The position numbers and the translations under genes are program-made. Positions 20,040-29,559 of a stretch of 64,000 nt of DNA are shown here, piece after piece. Position 1 is the first letter of the stretch. Every line of letters starts with the position of its first letter. The notes under the pieces are model-generated. The model did no database searches. It was not told the DNA's origin and was given only the letters and a program-made list of their open reading frames with translations. The stretch is from positions 271,354 to 335,353 of the forward strand of contig URLC01000001.1 of the NCBI GenBank assembly GCA_900548695.1, read 5' to 3'. Origin of the DNA: an uncultured Mycoplasmatota bacterium. GTDB lineage: Bacteria > Bacillota_I > Bacilli_A > RF39 > UBA660.

Positions 20040-20064
20040 CTATACACATTTAGAGGGGGATGTT

Positions 20065-21009
20065 ATGAATATTTGTATTCAAGCCGCAGAGGCATCAACT
20101 CGTTTTGAAAAAAATAATTCAGAGTTGAAACGTTTATATTTAATAAAAAATATTGATACAATTAATACTATTATGGGAATGGCTCCTGGTTATTGTGGTT
20201 CTTTTGGTACAGGTTATCCTTTTTATGCATTGAATTCTGAACTAGAGGGGCAATTACCAATTATTGATGAGCAAATACGTTATAATGAGGAGTTATTTAA
20301 AGAAGCTCAACAATTAGGTACAACTTGGGTTTGTGCAAAATGCTTATCTACAACAGGACAAAATATGCCTGATTTGAAACAGATTTGTAAGCCATGTCCT
20401 CAATTGACAGATTCATTGAAGCCTAGAAAGGTTATTAATAGGTTGCCGGATGTTGATATGTGGATGGTGTGCGCTGATAGTGAAGTAGAATCAGCAAAAA
20501 CTGCATTATCTAAATTGTTTGATTCTTTTAATATGCATACTTCAGATGTTGATCCTGTTCAAACAATTAAAGATGTTACAGAAATTTCTATCGATATACA
20601 AAATGGAAAGATGCCTACGAAATTACTTCCTTTAGATATTCATATTATTGAATATTCAACTTTAAGTAATTTGTTTAATCAAATTCCATTTGTTTTACAA
20701 AAATCTATGGAAGAAAATAATGTTCCATATCTTCCTATTCATCCAACATCATTAAGAAAAAAATGGCAACATGATGATGTTGCATACAATTTTGTGTTAG
20801 ATTTTTTATATACTATGACGCCATTTTCTTTTGAGGAGAACTTAGATCGTAAGTTGGATTTTACTAGAGGAATTATTTCTCAAGTTTTTGATAATGATCA
20901 ATTAACAGCTTTTCTACATTCTGTTGCTCCGGCATCTGTTGAAAGAAGATTTCAAACTCCTCAATTACAAAAAACATATGAAAGAAGGATTGAATCATGG
21001 AGAAAATAA
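20065..21009 (+). CDS. uncharacterised Cys-rich protein (CxxC-x19-CxxC zinc ribbon), possibly a divergent pol-beta-fold nucleotidyltransferase
   Basis: GSFGTGYPFYALNSELEG (fits the hG[GS]-x13-[DE]h[DE] pattern of minimal NTases); WVCAKC...CKPCP zinc ribbon; 13-bp overlap with the downstream PHP gene. Confidence 0.45.
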   Translation: MNICIQAAEASTRFEKNNSELKRLYLIKNIDTINTIMGMAPGYCGSFGTGYPFYALNSELEGQLPIIDEQIRYNEELFKEAQQLGTTWVCAKCLSTTGQNMPDLKQICKPCPQLTDSLKPRKVINRLPDVDMWMVCADSEVESAKTALSKLFDSFNMHTSDVDPVQTIKDVTEISIDIQNGKMPTKLLPLDIHIIEYSTLSNLFNQIPFVLQKSMEENNVPYLPIHPTSLRKKWQHDDVAYNFVLDFLYTMTPFSFEENLDRKLDFTRGIISQVFDNDQLTAFLHSVAPASVERRFQTPQLQKTYERRIESWRK

Positions 21010-21890
21010 TTGACTTACACATTCATACAAATTGTTCTGATGGAGACTTATCTCCTAAGCAGGTTATCGATGAAGCTTTAAAAAATGGTGTTAGTGTTGT
21101 TGCAATTGCTGATCATGATACGATAGATGCTTATGATGATGAGTTATTTCAATATGCAAAGGATAAAAATATTAAAATTATTCCTGCTGTTGAAATTTCT
21201 ACTAAGAATAAAAAATGTGGCTTTCATGTTTTAGGCTATAATTTTGATATGAAAAATAACGAGTTAGTACAAAAATTATTTGAATTAAGAAATGCTAGAC
21301 ATGATTATTTATATAATGTGTCTGTTAAGTTAAATGATTTAGGATATAAAGTAAATGTTGAAGACCTTGATAAGATTGAAGCTGTTACAAAGGCACATAT
21401 TTATTTTGATATTATAAATAATCCTGATAATCATGAATCTTTATTAAAAACTTTTGGACATATTCCTGATAAGGGAGAGTTTATTGAGAGTATTATGAAT
21501 GAAGGCTGTCCTGCATACGTTAAAAAAGCAACTATTACTCCAGTTGAAGCATCTAAGTTAATACATAATGCTGGTGGAAAAGTTATTTTAGCTCATCCTG
21601 TTGCTTATAAATATGAAGATAACTTTATGGCTGAAGATGTTTTAAAATTAGTGCAAGATATGCAGGCTGATGGAATTGAAGCTAATTATGTTTATGTTGA
21701 TAAAGATAATCATAAAATAAATGACAGTGCTTTTTGGAATCAATTTGCTAAGGAACATAATTTAAAGACTACAATTGGTTCTGATTTTCACAATAAAGAT
21801 GGATTACATCCTGTTATTGGACTTCTTGGTGAAAACATTACTATACTTGAAAATTATATTGATGGTCTTCTAGATTGGTTATTGAGTTAA
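20997..21890 (+). CDS. PHP-domain phosphoesterase (TrpH/YciV, RNase AM-like)
   Basis: N-terminal DLHIHTNCSDGDLSP metal-binding motif; ADHD motif; ~297 aa, typical TrpH length. Confidence 0.75.
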   Translation: MEKIIDLHIHTNCSDGDLSPKQVIDEALKNGVSVVAIADHDTIDAYDDELFQYAKDKNIKIIPAVEISTKNKKCGFHVLGYNFDMKNNELVQKLFELRNARHDYLYNVSVKLNDLGYKVNVEDLDKIEAVTKAHIYFDIINNPDNHESLLKTFGHIPDKGEFIESIMNEGCPAYVKKATITPVEASKLIHNAGGKVILAHPVAYKYEDNFMAEDVLKLVQDMQADGIEANYVYVDKDNHKINDSAFWNQFAKEHNLKTTIGSDFHNKDGLHPVIGLLGENITILENYIDGLLDWLLS

Positions 21891-21952
21891 TGTTTACTAG
21901 TTTTCAACAAATTTTGTTGAAAACTTTTTTTATAGTTATTTTAGGTGATATT

Positions 21953-22123
21953 ATGAAAGTGAAAATTTTTGATGAAGAAGATGAAAAGGATTTAGAAGCT
22001 GATATTAATGAATTTTTGGAGGATTTAGAAGGAGAAGTTGTTGATATAAAGTACCAAGTTGGAGTTGGAGTTTTTAGTGAAGAACAAGTGTTTTGTTTTT
22101 CAGCGATGGTAGTTTATTATTAG
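21953..22123 (+). CDS. Cse60-like small acidic protein (sporulation-associated family)
   Basis: MKVKIFDEEDEKDLEADINEFLEDLEG...IKYQVGV...FCFSAMVVYY resembles Cse60/YteV. ATG at 21953 follows an AGGTGA RBS; upstream part of the tracked ORF is intergenic. Confidence 0.5.
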   Translation: MKVKIFDEEDEKDLEADINEFLEDLEGEVVDIKYQVGVGVFSEEQVFCFSAMVVYY

Positions 22124-22160
22124 GAAAAGAGAAATCTTTTTCTTTTTTTTCTTTTATGGT

Positions 22161-23849
22161 ATGATGTTAATAGAGGAGGAAGCTATGAAGAAGGATAAGA
22201 CACTGAAGAAAAATGGTTTTTTAACTGGTGCATTTATTGCGACTTTTTGTATTGTTCTTACAAAAATATTGGGAATTGTTTATGTTATTCCTTTTCATGC
22301 TATTATTGGAGAACAAGGTGGGGCTTTGTATGGTTATGCTTATACCATCTATCTTCTTTTTATGTCTTTATCTTCAGCTGGTATTCCTTTAGCTATTAGT
22401 AAAATAGTATCAGAATATCAAACTTTAGGATATTATAATGCTAAAAAACGGGCTTTTATCATTGGTAAAAAAATAGCTTTGTTGTTGGGGTTTGTTTGTT
22501 TTATTATTTTGCTTTTGTTTGCACCTATGATTGCTCAGGCTGTTTTGGGGGACTTGACTGGTGGAAATACCATTGAAGATGTTACGTTTGTAATTAGAAT
22601 TATTGGTACGGCGATACTAGTTGTTCCTGTACTTAGTATTTATAGAGGATATTTTGAAGGTCATAGATTTATGCAGATTCCTTCTTTTTCTCAGATTGTA
22701 GAGCAGCTAGTTAGAGTTTTTATTATAGTACTTGGTAGTTTTATGGCTTTAAAAGTGTTTAAGTTATCATTAACATCTGCGGTTGGAGTTGCTGTTTTTG
22801 GAGCAACCGCTGGGGCAATAGTTGCTTATTTATACTTAGTGTTTAAAAAGAATAAGAATAAAAGTAAGTTTAACGAGAAAATCAGAAGTGTTAATGAACC
22901 TATTATTACTAATAAACAAATATTTAAAAAGATTGTTATTTATGCTTTACCTTTTATTATGATTGATATTTTTAAATCACTTTATAGTTATATTGATATG
23001 GTAACAGTAGTAGAAGGCTTGGTTAATTATGCTAATTTTTCAGTGGTTGATGCTGAGGTTGTTATGAGTATGTTATCTACTTGGGGAGCCAAATTTAATA
23101 TGATTTTACTGGCTTTATCTACTGGGATTGTAGTTAGTTTAATACCTAATTTAACACAAAGTGTGGTAAAAAAAGATCAAGCTGATAGTTATCATAAAAT
23201 CAATCAGTCACTTAGTGTTTTATTATTTTTTACTTTGCCAATGTCTTTAGGAATTAGTTTTTTATCTGAGTATATTTGGAATGTTTTTTATGGTAGTAGT
23301 GTGTATGGTCCAAGTGTTTTAGCTTATTATATTTTTGTAGGCTTAATTGTTGGTTTATTTACATTAGTAATATCTATTCTTCAGGTGTTAAAAGATTATA
23401 AGACAGTTTTTATTAGTTTAGTAGTTGGCGTTATTTTAAAAATTTTATTAAATAGTAATTTAATCCTTGCTTTTTATAAAATGGGTCTTCCAGCCTATTA
23501 TGGAGTTATTACAGCCAGTTTAATTGGTTATTTTGTCTCTTTCGTTATTTGTATTGTTCAATTAAGATATAAATATAAAGTGCGCTACGAAGAACTTGTT
23601 AAAAATTTTATGGATATATTATGTGGTGCAATGTTGATGGTTGTGGGACTTTTGGTTATTAAATATTTATTGCCAAGTAGTTCTAATCGTTTTGTCAGTT
23701 TTTTATATGTTGTGATTTACACTTTAATAGGTGGAAGTATTTATTTTATTTATGCTTATAAATCTAAATTATTATTTCATGTTTTTGGTGATAAAGTTAG
23801 AGATTTGTTTCGAAAAAAAAAGAGTAAGAGTAAAAGAAAAAGGTGCTAA
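22161..23849 (+). CDS. MOP-superfamily polysaccharide/lipid-II flippase (SpoVB/MurJ/YtgP-like)
   Basis: 562 aa, about 14 TM segments, typical MOP flippase topology and size. Confidence 0.7.
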   Translation: MMLIEEEAMKKDKTLKKNGFLTGAFIATFCIVLTKILGIVYVIPFHAIIGEQGGALYGYAYTIYLLFMSLSSAGIPLAISKIVSEYQTLGYYNAKKRAFIIGKKIALLLGFVCFIILLLFAPMIAQAVLGDLTGGNTIEDVTFVIRIIGTAILVVPVLSIYRGYFEGHRFMQIPSFSQIVEQLVRVFIIVLGSFMALKVFKLSLTSAVGVAVFGATAGAIVAYLYLVFKKNKNKSKFNEKIRSVNEPIITNKQIFKKIVIYALPFIMIDIFKSLYSYIDMVTVVEGLVNYANFSVVDAEVVMSMLSTWGAKFNMILLALSTGIVVSLIPNLTQSVVKKDQADSYHKINQSLSVLLFFTLPMSLGISFLSEYIWNVFYGSSVYGPSVLAYYIFVGLIVGLFTLVISILQVLKDYKTVFISLVVGVILKILLNSNLILAFYKMGLPAYYGVITASLIGYFVSFVICIVQLRYKYKVRYEELVKNFMDILCGAMLMVVGLLVIKYLLPSSSNRFVSFLYVVIYTLIGGSIYFIYAYKSKLLFHVFGDKVRDLFRKKKSKSKRKRC

Positions 23850-23867
23850 TGATTTTAGCACCTTTTT

Positions 23868-25160
23868 TTATTTGTGTCTTAAGTTTTTTAATTTATGATA
23901 TACGTTGAAAGCAAGATTATAGGTATGATACCATAATGGTGATATGATAAGATCAAATTCTCCAATTAATTCTACTACATGTCCTCCAAAACTTTTTTTA
24001 AATAAATATAGTCCATATAGTGGATTTTCTTTTCTAAAATCGCCTGTTATTCCGTAGAAATTATATTTTTTGTATCCATGTTCTACTGCGTATTTAATTC
24101 CAGCAAAGTGAATTGTATAAGCCGACTGAAATTGCATAACATTGTCTAAAGTTCCACCATGTAGGGATAATACTTCATTACCATATATTAGAAAGAGTAT
24201 ACCTCCTAATAATTTTTTATCGCCATATTCTTTTTTATAATCTGCAATTTTTTCTAGTTGTTTTTTTAGTCTTGCAATTTCTTGTTCATTTTTCTTATTA
24301 TTTTGTTCATATTTTTTGGGATTCATTTTTAGAATGTCATGTTCTTTTTTATAAATTCTATCTTTTAGTTCTTTTTCATTGCTACTTAGCTCTTCTTTAG
24401 TATTTTTTTCAAATTCTAAAAAATCAATTTCTGAGACTAATATTTTTAATATACCGGCATCATGTAAAGAGTCCCACATGTTTTCGTAATAAGACAAGGG
24501 TCTATCTACAAATTCACGTCTATCGCTGGTGTGTTGCATGATATCTTTAAATAATGGTAGTTCTTCTTTTTCTATTTCTCTGGTTTTAATACCTGATCTT
24601 TCATTTTTTCTAAGTATTTGTCTAGTTTTTGATTCCATATCTTTCATAATGTCATCTAAACTTTTATTTTCTGTTTCAATTACATGCATCCATCTTGGTT
24701 GTAGGGTATCTTGCATTAGATTAAAACCAAAGTGTTTATAACCTAATTCTTTTAAGTTGTCTACAGTAATACTGTTATCTATCCCATCTTTAACAATATC
24801 ACCGTTGTTATTTCTTTCCTTATATTCTACATAAGGGTCAATTTTCACAAAGATGGCATTTTCTTTTTTTGCATATTCTTTTAAATTTTTAGTAAAATTT
24901 TTTAATATGTTTTTGTCTTTATAATCTAATAAAAAACCACGCGGAGCATAAAACATTTTTTTATGTATGATTGGTAATGTTTTAGATAAGATTAAGCTTC
25001 CTGCTATGATTTTATTATCTTCTTCTAGAATTAAGTAGTGTGCTTGCCAATTGTTTTTACTTTTTAGGTTTGCCCATTCTTTAGTTTGATAAAAAGTAAT
25101 TTCAGAATTTTTATCGGCAAATTTTTTCCATTCTTTTTCACTGATTTTTTTTAACTTCAT
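23868..25160 (-). CDS. FemAB-family peptidoglycan interpeptide-bridge aminoacyltransferase (paralogue 1)
   Basis: Collinear with S. aureus FemA, including the coiled-coil insertion and C-terminal NFYGITGDF...GLYLFKKSFGG. Confidence 0.8.
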   Translation of the reverse strand: MKLKKISEKEWKKFADKNSEITFYQTKEWANLKSKNNWQAHYLILEEDNKIIAGSLILSKTLPIIHKKMFYAPRGFLLDYKDKNILKNFTKNLKEYAKKENAIFVKIDPYVEYKERNNNGDIVKDGIDNSITVDNLKELGYKHFGFNLMQDTLQPRWMHVIETENKSLDDIMKDMESKTRQILRKNERSGIKTREIEKEELPLFKDIMQHTSDRREFVDRPLSYYENMWDSLHDAGILKILVSEIDFLEFEKNTKEELSSNEKELKDRIYKKEHDILKMNPKKYEQNNKKNEQEIARLKKQLEKIADYKKEYGDKKLLGGILFLIYGNEVLSLHGGTLDNVMQFQSAYTIHFAGIKYAVEHGYKKYNFYGITGDFRKENPLYGLYLFKKSFGGHVVELIGEFDLIISPLWYHTYNLAFNVYHKLKNLRHK

Positions 25161-26451
25161 TTTCTATCTCCTTCTTACTTTTTCTTCTTACCATTTTTCT
25201 ATAAATGGGAACTAATTTAGTAAAGAAAAAATACATTGGTTTGTTGGTTATATAATCAAATTCTCCAAGAAATTCGATATAGTCTCCGCCAAATTTCCGT
25301 TTAAATTCATGAAGTCCAAAACGTGGATTGTCTTTTGATAAATCACCTATTGTTCCAAATTGATCATATATTTTAATGCCTTTTTCTTTACAATATTTAA
25401 TATGTTCTTCATAAGTATAATAATTGACATAAGTTTCAGTTAAAACATTATGGTTACCAGCATATAATACCCAAGCTTTATCAGCATATTCAATAATCAT
25501 ATGGGCACTTAGGGTTAAATTATTTCCATATTTTTCTTTGTATTCTTCGTATTTTTTAATTTCTTTTACATAGTTTTCTTTTTGTTTTGTTAGTTCATTT
25601 AATTTGTTTTTAGCACTTTTACTTAGATTATCAATTGGTAAAATAGATATTTGATTATTTACAGCTTTTAGATTTTCTTTCATTTTTTTGATAGTTCTAT
25701 CTAAATCAACTTTACCTAGAAAAAGTGTAGCCTTACCATTTTCACTACCATTGAAGATGTCATATAAAGTTTCATAATAATCTTCATTATAAGAGACAAA
25801 ATCTTTTCTTGTTTCTGTTAAGGTCATTAAATGATAAAATTCTTTTAAGTCTTTTTCAGTACCGATTTCTACATAAGTATCTAACTTTTTGGCTTTAGCA
25901 ATTCTTTGTTTAGTAGTTTTAGAAAAATGATTTTCTATATCTTCTAAGCTTTGATTCATATCAATTCTAAATGTATATCTTGGTTGCATTGTTTCAAAAT
26001 TTTTGGTAAAGCCTAAATGTTTATAACCTACTTTTTTTAAGGTTTCAAATATTTTATTTGTATCATAAGGTAGCTTTTGTTCTTGATCTAAGTAGTTGTA
26101 GTCTTTATAGATTAAGTCAGGATCTATTTTGACAAAAATGGCTTTTTTACTTTTCGCAAATTTTATTATTTCTTTAGTCATTTCTTTCACTAGTTTTTCG
26201 TCTTCATAGTTTAATATATAGCCTCTTGGACAATAAAAATAAGAGTATTTCATTGGTAGGTGTTTTTGTAGTAATAAAGCAGTCGCTAAAATATTTTTCT
26301 TATCATCTACTAATCCTAGATAGTAAGGTGTTAGATGCCTTTTTACTTTAGATAATTCTCCCCATGCATAGGATTGTAAAAAGTGTGATTTTTTTTGTTC
26401 TTTTACAAAGTTTTCATAAATTTCTTCAGTTAAATGTACTAGTTTAGCCAT
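25138..26451 (-). CDS. FemAB-family peptidoglycan interpeptide-bridge aminoacyltransferase (paralogue 2)
   Basis: Same architecture; YDQFGTIGD...GLHEFKRKFGG; 23-bp overlap with paralogue 1. Confidence 0.8.
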   Translation of the reverse strand: MAKLVHLTEEIYENFVKEQKKSHFLQSYAWGELSKVKRHLTPYYLGLVDDKKNILATALLLQKHLPMKYSYFYCPRGYILNYEDEKLVKEMTKEIIKFAKSKKAIFVKIDPDLIYKDYNYLDQEQKLPYDTNKIFETLKKVGYKHLGFTKNFETMQPRYTFRIDMNQSLEDIENHFSKTTKQRIAKAKKLDTYVEIGTEKDLKEFYHLMTLTETRKDFVSYNEDYYETLYDIFNGSENGKATLFLGKVDLDRTIKKMKENLKAVNNQISILPIDNLSKSAKNKLNELTKQKENYVKEIKKYEEYKEKYGNNLTLSAHMIIEYADKAWVLYAGNHNVLTETYVNYYTYEEHIKYCKEKGIKIYDQFGTIGDLSKDNPRFGLHEFKRKFGGDYIEFLGEFDYITNKPMYFFFTKLVPIYRKMVRRKSKKEIENEVKKNQ

Positions 26452-26523
26452 ATGTTTTCATCCTTTCTTTTATTAGTATATCATAAAAGTTTTTATTTCA
26501 ACAAAAAAGAACACAGTTTGTGT

Positions 26524-26709
26524 TCATAACATATACATACCATCTTCTTTTTTTAAATAATCATTTTGTCCACCTTGTTCTAATTTTGCAACTCTTTTTT
26601 TTAAAGCATTTATTTCAGCTTTTAATTTTTCTATTTCTTGTTCTAAATTTTTAGGAGTTGGTTGATAGGACATCGTAGGTGGAATATAAGGATACGGAAA
26701 TTGATTCAT
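26524..26709 (-). CDS. small Pro-rich / coiled-coil protein (61 aa), hypothetical
   Basis: RBS AAAGGAG 8 nt upstream of the ATG; its own terminator hairpin at 26509-26525 followed by a T-tract. Confidence 0.4.
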   Translation of the reverse strand: MNQFPYPYIPPTMSYQPTPKNLEQEIEKLKAEINALKKRVAKLEQGGQNDYLKKEDGMYML

Positions 26710-26785
26710 TTTTTACTCCTTTCCTGTTGCTTTATTATATGCACATTTATTTATTTCTGTTATAATATATGAAGGATGTGATATT

Positions 26786-27436
26786 ATGAGACTTAGAAAT
26801 GTAAAAAATAAAGAAGAAATTTTAAATGCCTCTTCATTTTTGGTAAAAAATCCAAAAGATTATTGTGGTAGATGGAATATATATTTTGGTAATAAGAATC
26901 CTATCTATATAGAGATTGGTATGGGTAAGGGACAGTTTATTAGAGAACATGCTAAAAAATTTCCTAATATTAATTTTATTGGGATTGAAAAATATGATAG
27001 TGTTGTTGCTAAATGTTTACCTAAAATAGATGAAGAATTAACTAATTTAGCTATTATTAGAATGGACGCTTTAGAAATTAATCAAGTTTTTGATAAAGAA
27101 ATTAGTAAAATATTTTTAAACTTTTCAGATCCTTGGCCTAAAAAACGTCATCATTTGCGTCGACTTTCTAGTAAAGTTTTCTTAGAAAAGTATGAGAAAA
27201 TTTTTATTTTAGATAAAGATATTTGTATGAGAACTGATAATGAAGATTTGTTTTGTTATTCTTTAATGAGTTTTAGTGAAGCTGGTTATATTCTTCGTAA
27301 TTTAACCTTTGATTTACATAGAGATTATCAGAAAGATGAACTTATTACTACAGAATATGAAGATCGTTTTTCAGAACGTGGTATGCCTATTTATAGTGTA
27401 GAAGCTGTAAAAGTGTCTAAAAAAGTAAACAAATAG
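26786..27436 (+). CDS. trmB: tRNA (guanine46-N7)-methyltransferase
   Basis: IEIGMGKGQF SAM-binding motif and FSDPWPKKRHHLRRL. Confidence 0.85.
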   Translation: MRLRNVKNKEEILNASSFLVKNPKDYCGRWNIYFGNKNPIYIEIGMGKGQFIREHAKKFPNINFIGIEKYDSVVAKCLPKIDEELTNLAIIRMDALEINQVFDKEISKIFLNFSDPWPKKRHHLRRLSSKVFLEKYEKIFILDKDICMRTDNEDLFCYSLMSFSEAGYILRNLTFDLHRDYQKDELITTEYEDRFSERGMPIYSVEAVKVSKKVNK

Positions 27437-27492
27437 AAAAAATTTTTACATTTATTAAAAATTTGATATAATGTAGTAAGAGTAGGTGAAAT

Positions 27493-28164
27493 ATGAAAAA
27501 GAAAATAGTTTTACTCTCTATTTTATTATTGCTTGTATCTGGGTGTAGTATTCATCAATTGAGTCCTACAAATTTTGCAGATAATATCGAGTTTATTTTG
27601 TCTCAAAATACAGATTTAGCAAATGTTAATTTTGATGGATATGAGTATTATGTACCAAAGGGCATGAGGTTTGTTAATAAAGATGAGTATAATGCTTTGT
27701 TACAGGATCGTTTTGCTAATCAGTATTATTTATATATTGATGCTATCAGTTATTTTCATCATACAAAAAATACTTATAAAGTAGATAAAGATGCTTATTA
27801 TTCTAAAAGGTTAAATTATAATAAAAAGACAGGTTATATTGAAATTAACAAAGTAGATAATCAGTATTTTGTAGAATTTGTTTTTAATTATGGAAAAATA
27901 GAAGCCTATGTTTCTAAGGAACATCTTGTTTATGCAATCAATAATATGTGTTATATTCTACAATCTATTCGTTATCATGATAAAGTATTAGAAAGTTTAA
28001 TAGGTAATAATGTATTAAATTATAAAGAAGAAACATTTAATATTTTTGAGTCTAAATCTGATGATAACTCTTCTTTAAAATATGAGGATTATGAGGAAGC
28101 AGATATGAATAGAAATAATGGTGCTATTGATGGTGATAATTTCGAAATAAATGAAGTGGATTAG
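27493..28164 (+). CDS. lipoprotein, hypothetical
   Basis: Signal peptide with lipobox LLVSGCS. Confidence 0.5.
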   Translation: MKKKIVLLSILLLLVSGCSIHQLSPTNFADNIEFILSQNTDLANVNFDGYEYYVPKGMRFVNKDEYNALLQDRFANQYYLYIDAISYFHHTKNTYKVDKDAYYSKRLNYNKKTGYIEINKVDNQYFVEFVFNYGKIEAYVSKEHLVYAINNMCYILQSIRYHDKVLESLIGNNVLNYKEETFNIFESKSDDNSSLKYEDYEEADMNRNNGAIDGDNFEINEVD

Positions 28165-28177
28165 AAGAGGTGGAATT

Positions 28178-29257
28178 ATGGGTGTTTTTGATAAAATTAA
28201 AAATGCTCTTTTTGAAGAAGAGTATGTAGAGGTTGAGGAAAAACCAAAAACTAAACCAAAATCAAAGAAAGATAAACCAAAAAGAGAAGTTAAGGAGTCT
28301 ATCAAGGTTCATGAAAATAAACCAATTGCTAAAAAAGTGGTTTTACCTGAAAGAAGAGAAGAAGTTCTTGAAGATTTAGAAGAATATGAACCAGAAGAGG
28401 AAGACTTTGAAATTGTTCCTGAACGTGAAGAAAAACACGATACTGCAGAATTTAAATTTCCAGCAGTTGATGATCAAGAATTTAGAGATGATGAATATTA
28501 TCAAGAACCTAAAATTGTTGAAGTAGTAGATAGAGAGGAAGAACAGAAGGAAAAAGAGTCAACGCCTTATCATATGGAACGAGAACCAGAATTATATCAT
28601 GGTCATGTGGATTCTAACTTATATTCTGGTAAAAAAGATTCAGGTTTATATCATAATGAATACCATAGTTCTGTTTCTATTCAAGAATACGGTACTTATG
28701 AGAAAAAAGAAGCTAAGCCAGCTTTTAAGCCCTCACCAATCATATCTCCTATTTATGGTATTTTAGATAAGAATTATAAGAAAGAAGAAATAGCTCCTAA
28801 AAGAGAAGTACGCTTATCTAGTTATACTAGAGAACATATGAATGTTGATGATGTTCGGAGAAAAGCTTATGGTAATTTAGCTGATGATATAGCAGCTGAT
28901 ATTGATGGTAGGGAACCTGATTTTCCAGTGGAAGAGGAAGTGACTGAAGAAGAAGTTGCTGATAATTTATTGGTTGATTTAAGTAATGATGATGAAAAAC
29001 CAAAGGTATCAGAAGTTACAGTTGGTGATGCTGAAGAATATTTTAGAGATTTAGGGTTAGAATATAATATAGATTATAAAGACTCTAGCAAGGAGAAGGC
29101 AACTGGTCGACGTGTTACAGAAGAATATGATGAAGATGAAAAGGTTGCAGCAGCTATTGATACAGTAGAGGAAAAGAAAAATACATCTAGTGAAGGTACT
29201 GACGATAATTTGTTTGACTTAATTGATTCAATGTATGAAAATACGGAAGAAGAATAG
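28178..29257 (+). CDS. highly acidic, low-complexity (Glu/Asp/Lys-rich) protein, hypothetical
   Basis: ATG at 28178 with an AGAGGTGGA RBS just after the lipoprotein stop; E/D-rich composition throughout. Confidence 0.45.
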   Translation: MGVFDKIKNALFEEEYVEVEEKPKTKPKSKKDKPKREVKESIKVHENKPIAKKVVLPERREEVLEDLEEYEPEEEDFEIVPEREEKHDTAEFKFPAVDDQEFRDDEYYQEPKIVEVVDREEEQKEKESTPYHMEREPELYHGHVDSNLYSGKKDSGLYHNEYHSSVSIQEYGTYEKKEAKPAFKPSPIISPIYGILDKNYKKEEIAPKREVRLSSYTREHMNVDDVRRKAYGNLADDIAADIDGREPDFPVEEEVTEEEVADNLLVDLSNDDEKPKVSEVTVGDAEEYFRDLGLEYNIDYKDSSKEKATGRRVTEEYDEDEKVAAAIDTVEEKKNTSSEGTDDNLFDLIDSMYENTEEE

Positions 29258-29268
29258 GAGGGACTTAA

Positions 29269-29559
29269 ATGGATGTACTAAATGCTATTTTACCGGTATT
29301 ATTATATATCTTCGGGATTATATTATTAATAGTATTAATTATTTTAGGAATAAGGATGATTCAAATCTTAGATAAGGTTGACCGTGTTGTCGATAATGTT
29401 GAGGAAAAAGTTAATTCTTTTAATGGTTTTTTCGAGGTATTAGATAAAACTGGATATGGCATATCTGTCATTGGAGATAAGGTGATTAATTTATTTTCTT
29501 CAGTGATTGCTAAAATATTTAATAGAAATAAAAAGGATGAGGAGGATATATATGAGTAA
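29269..29559 (+). CDS. DUF948 (YtxG-like) small membrane protein
   Basis: N-terminal TM plus a coiled-coil tail; precedes a ytxH-like gene as in B. subtilis ytxG-ytxH; stop overlaps the next start (ATGAGTAA). Confidence 0.5.
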   Translation: MDVLNAILPVLLYIFGIILLIVLIILGIRMIQILDKVDRVVDNVEEKVNSFNGFFEVLDKTGYGISVIGDKVINLFSSVIAKIFNRNKKDEEDIYE

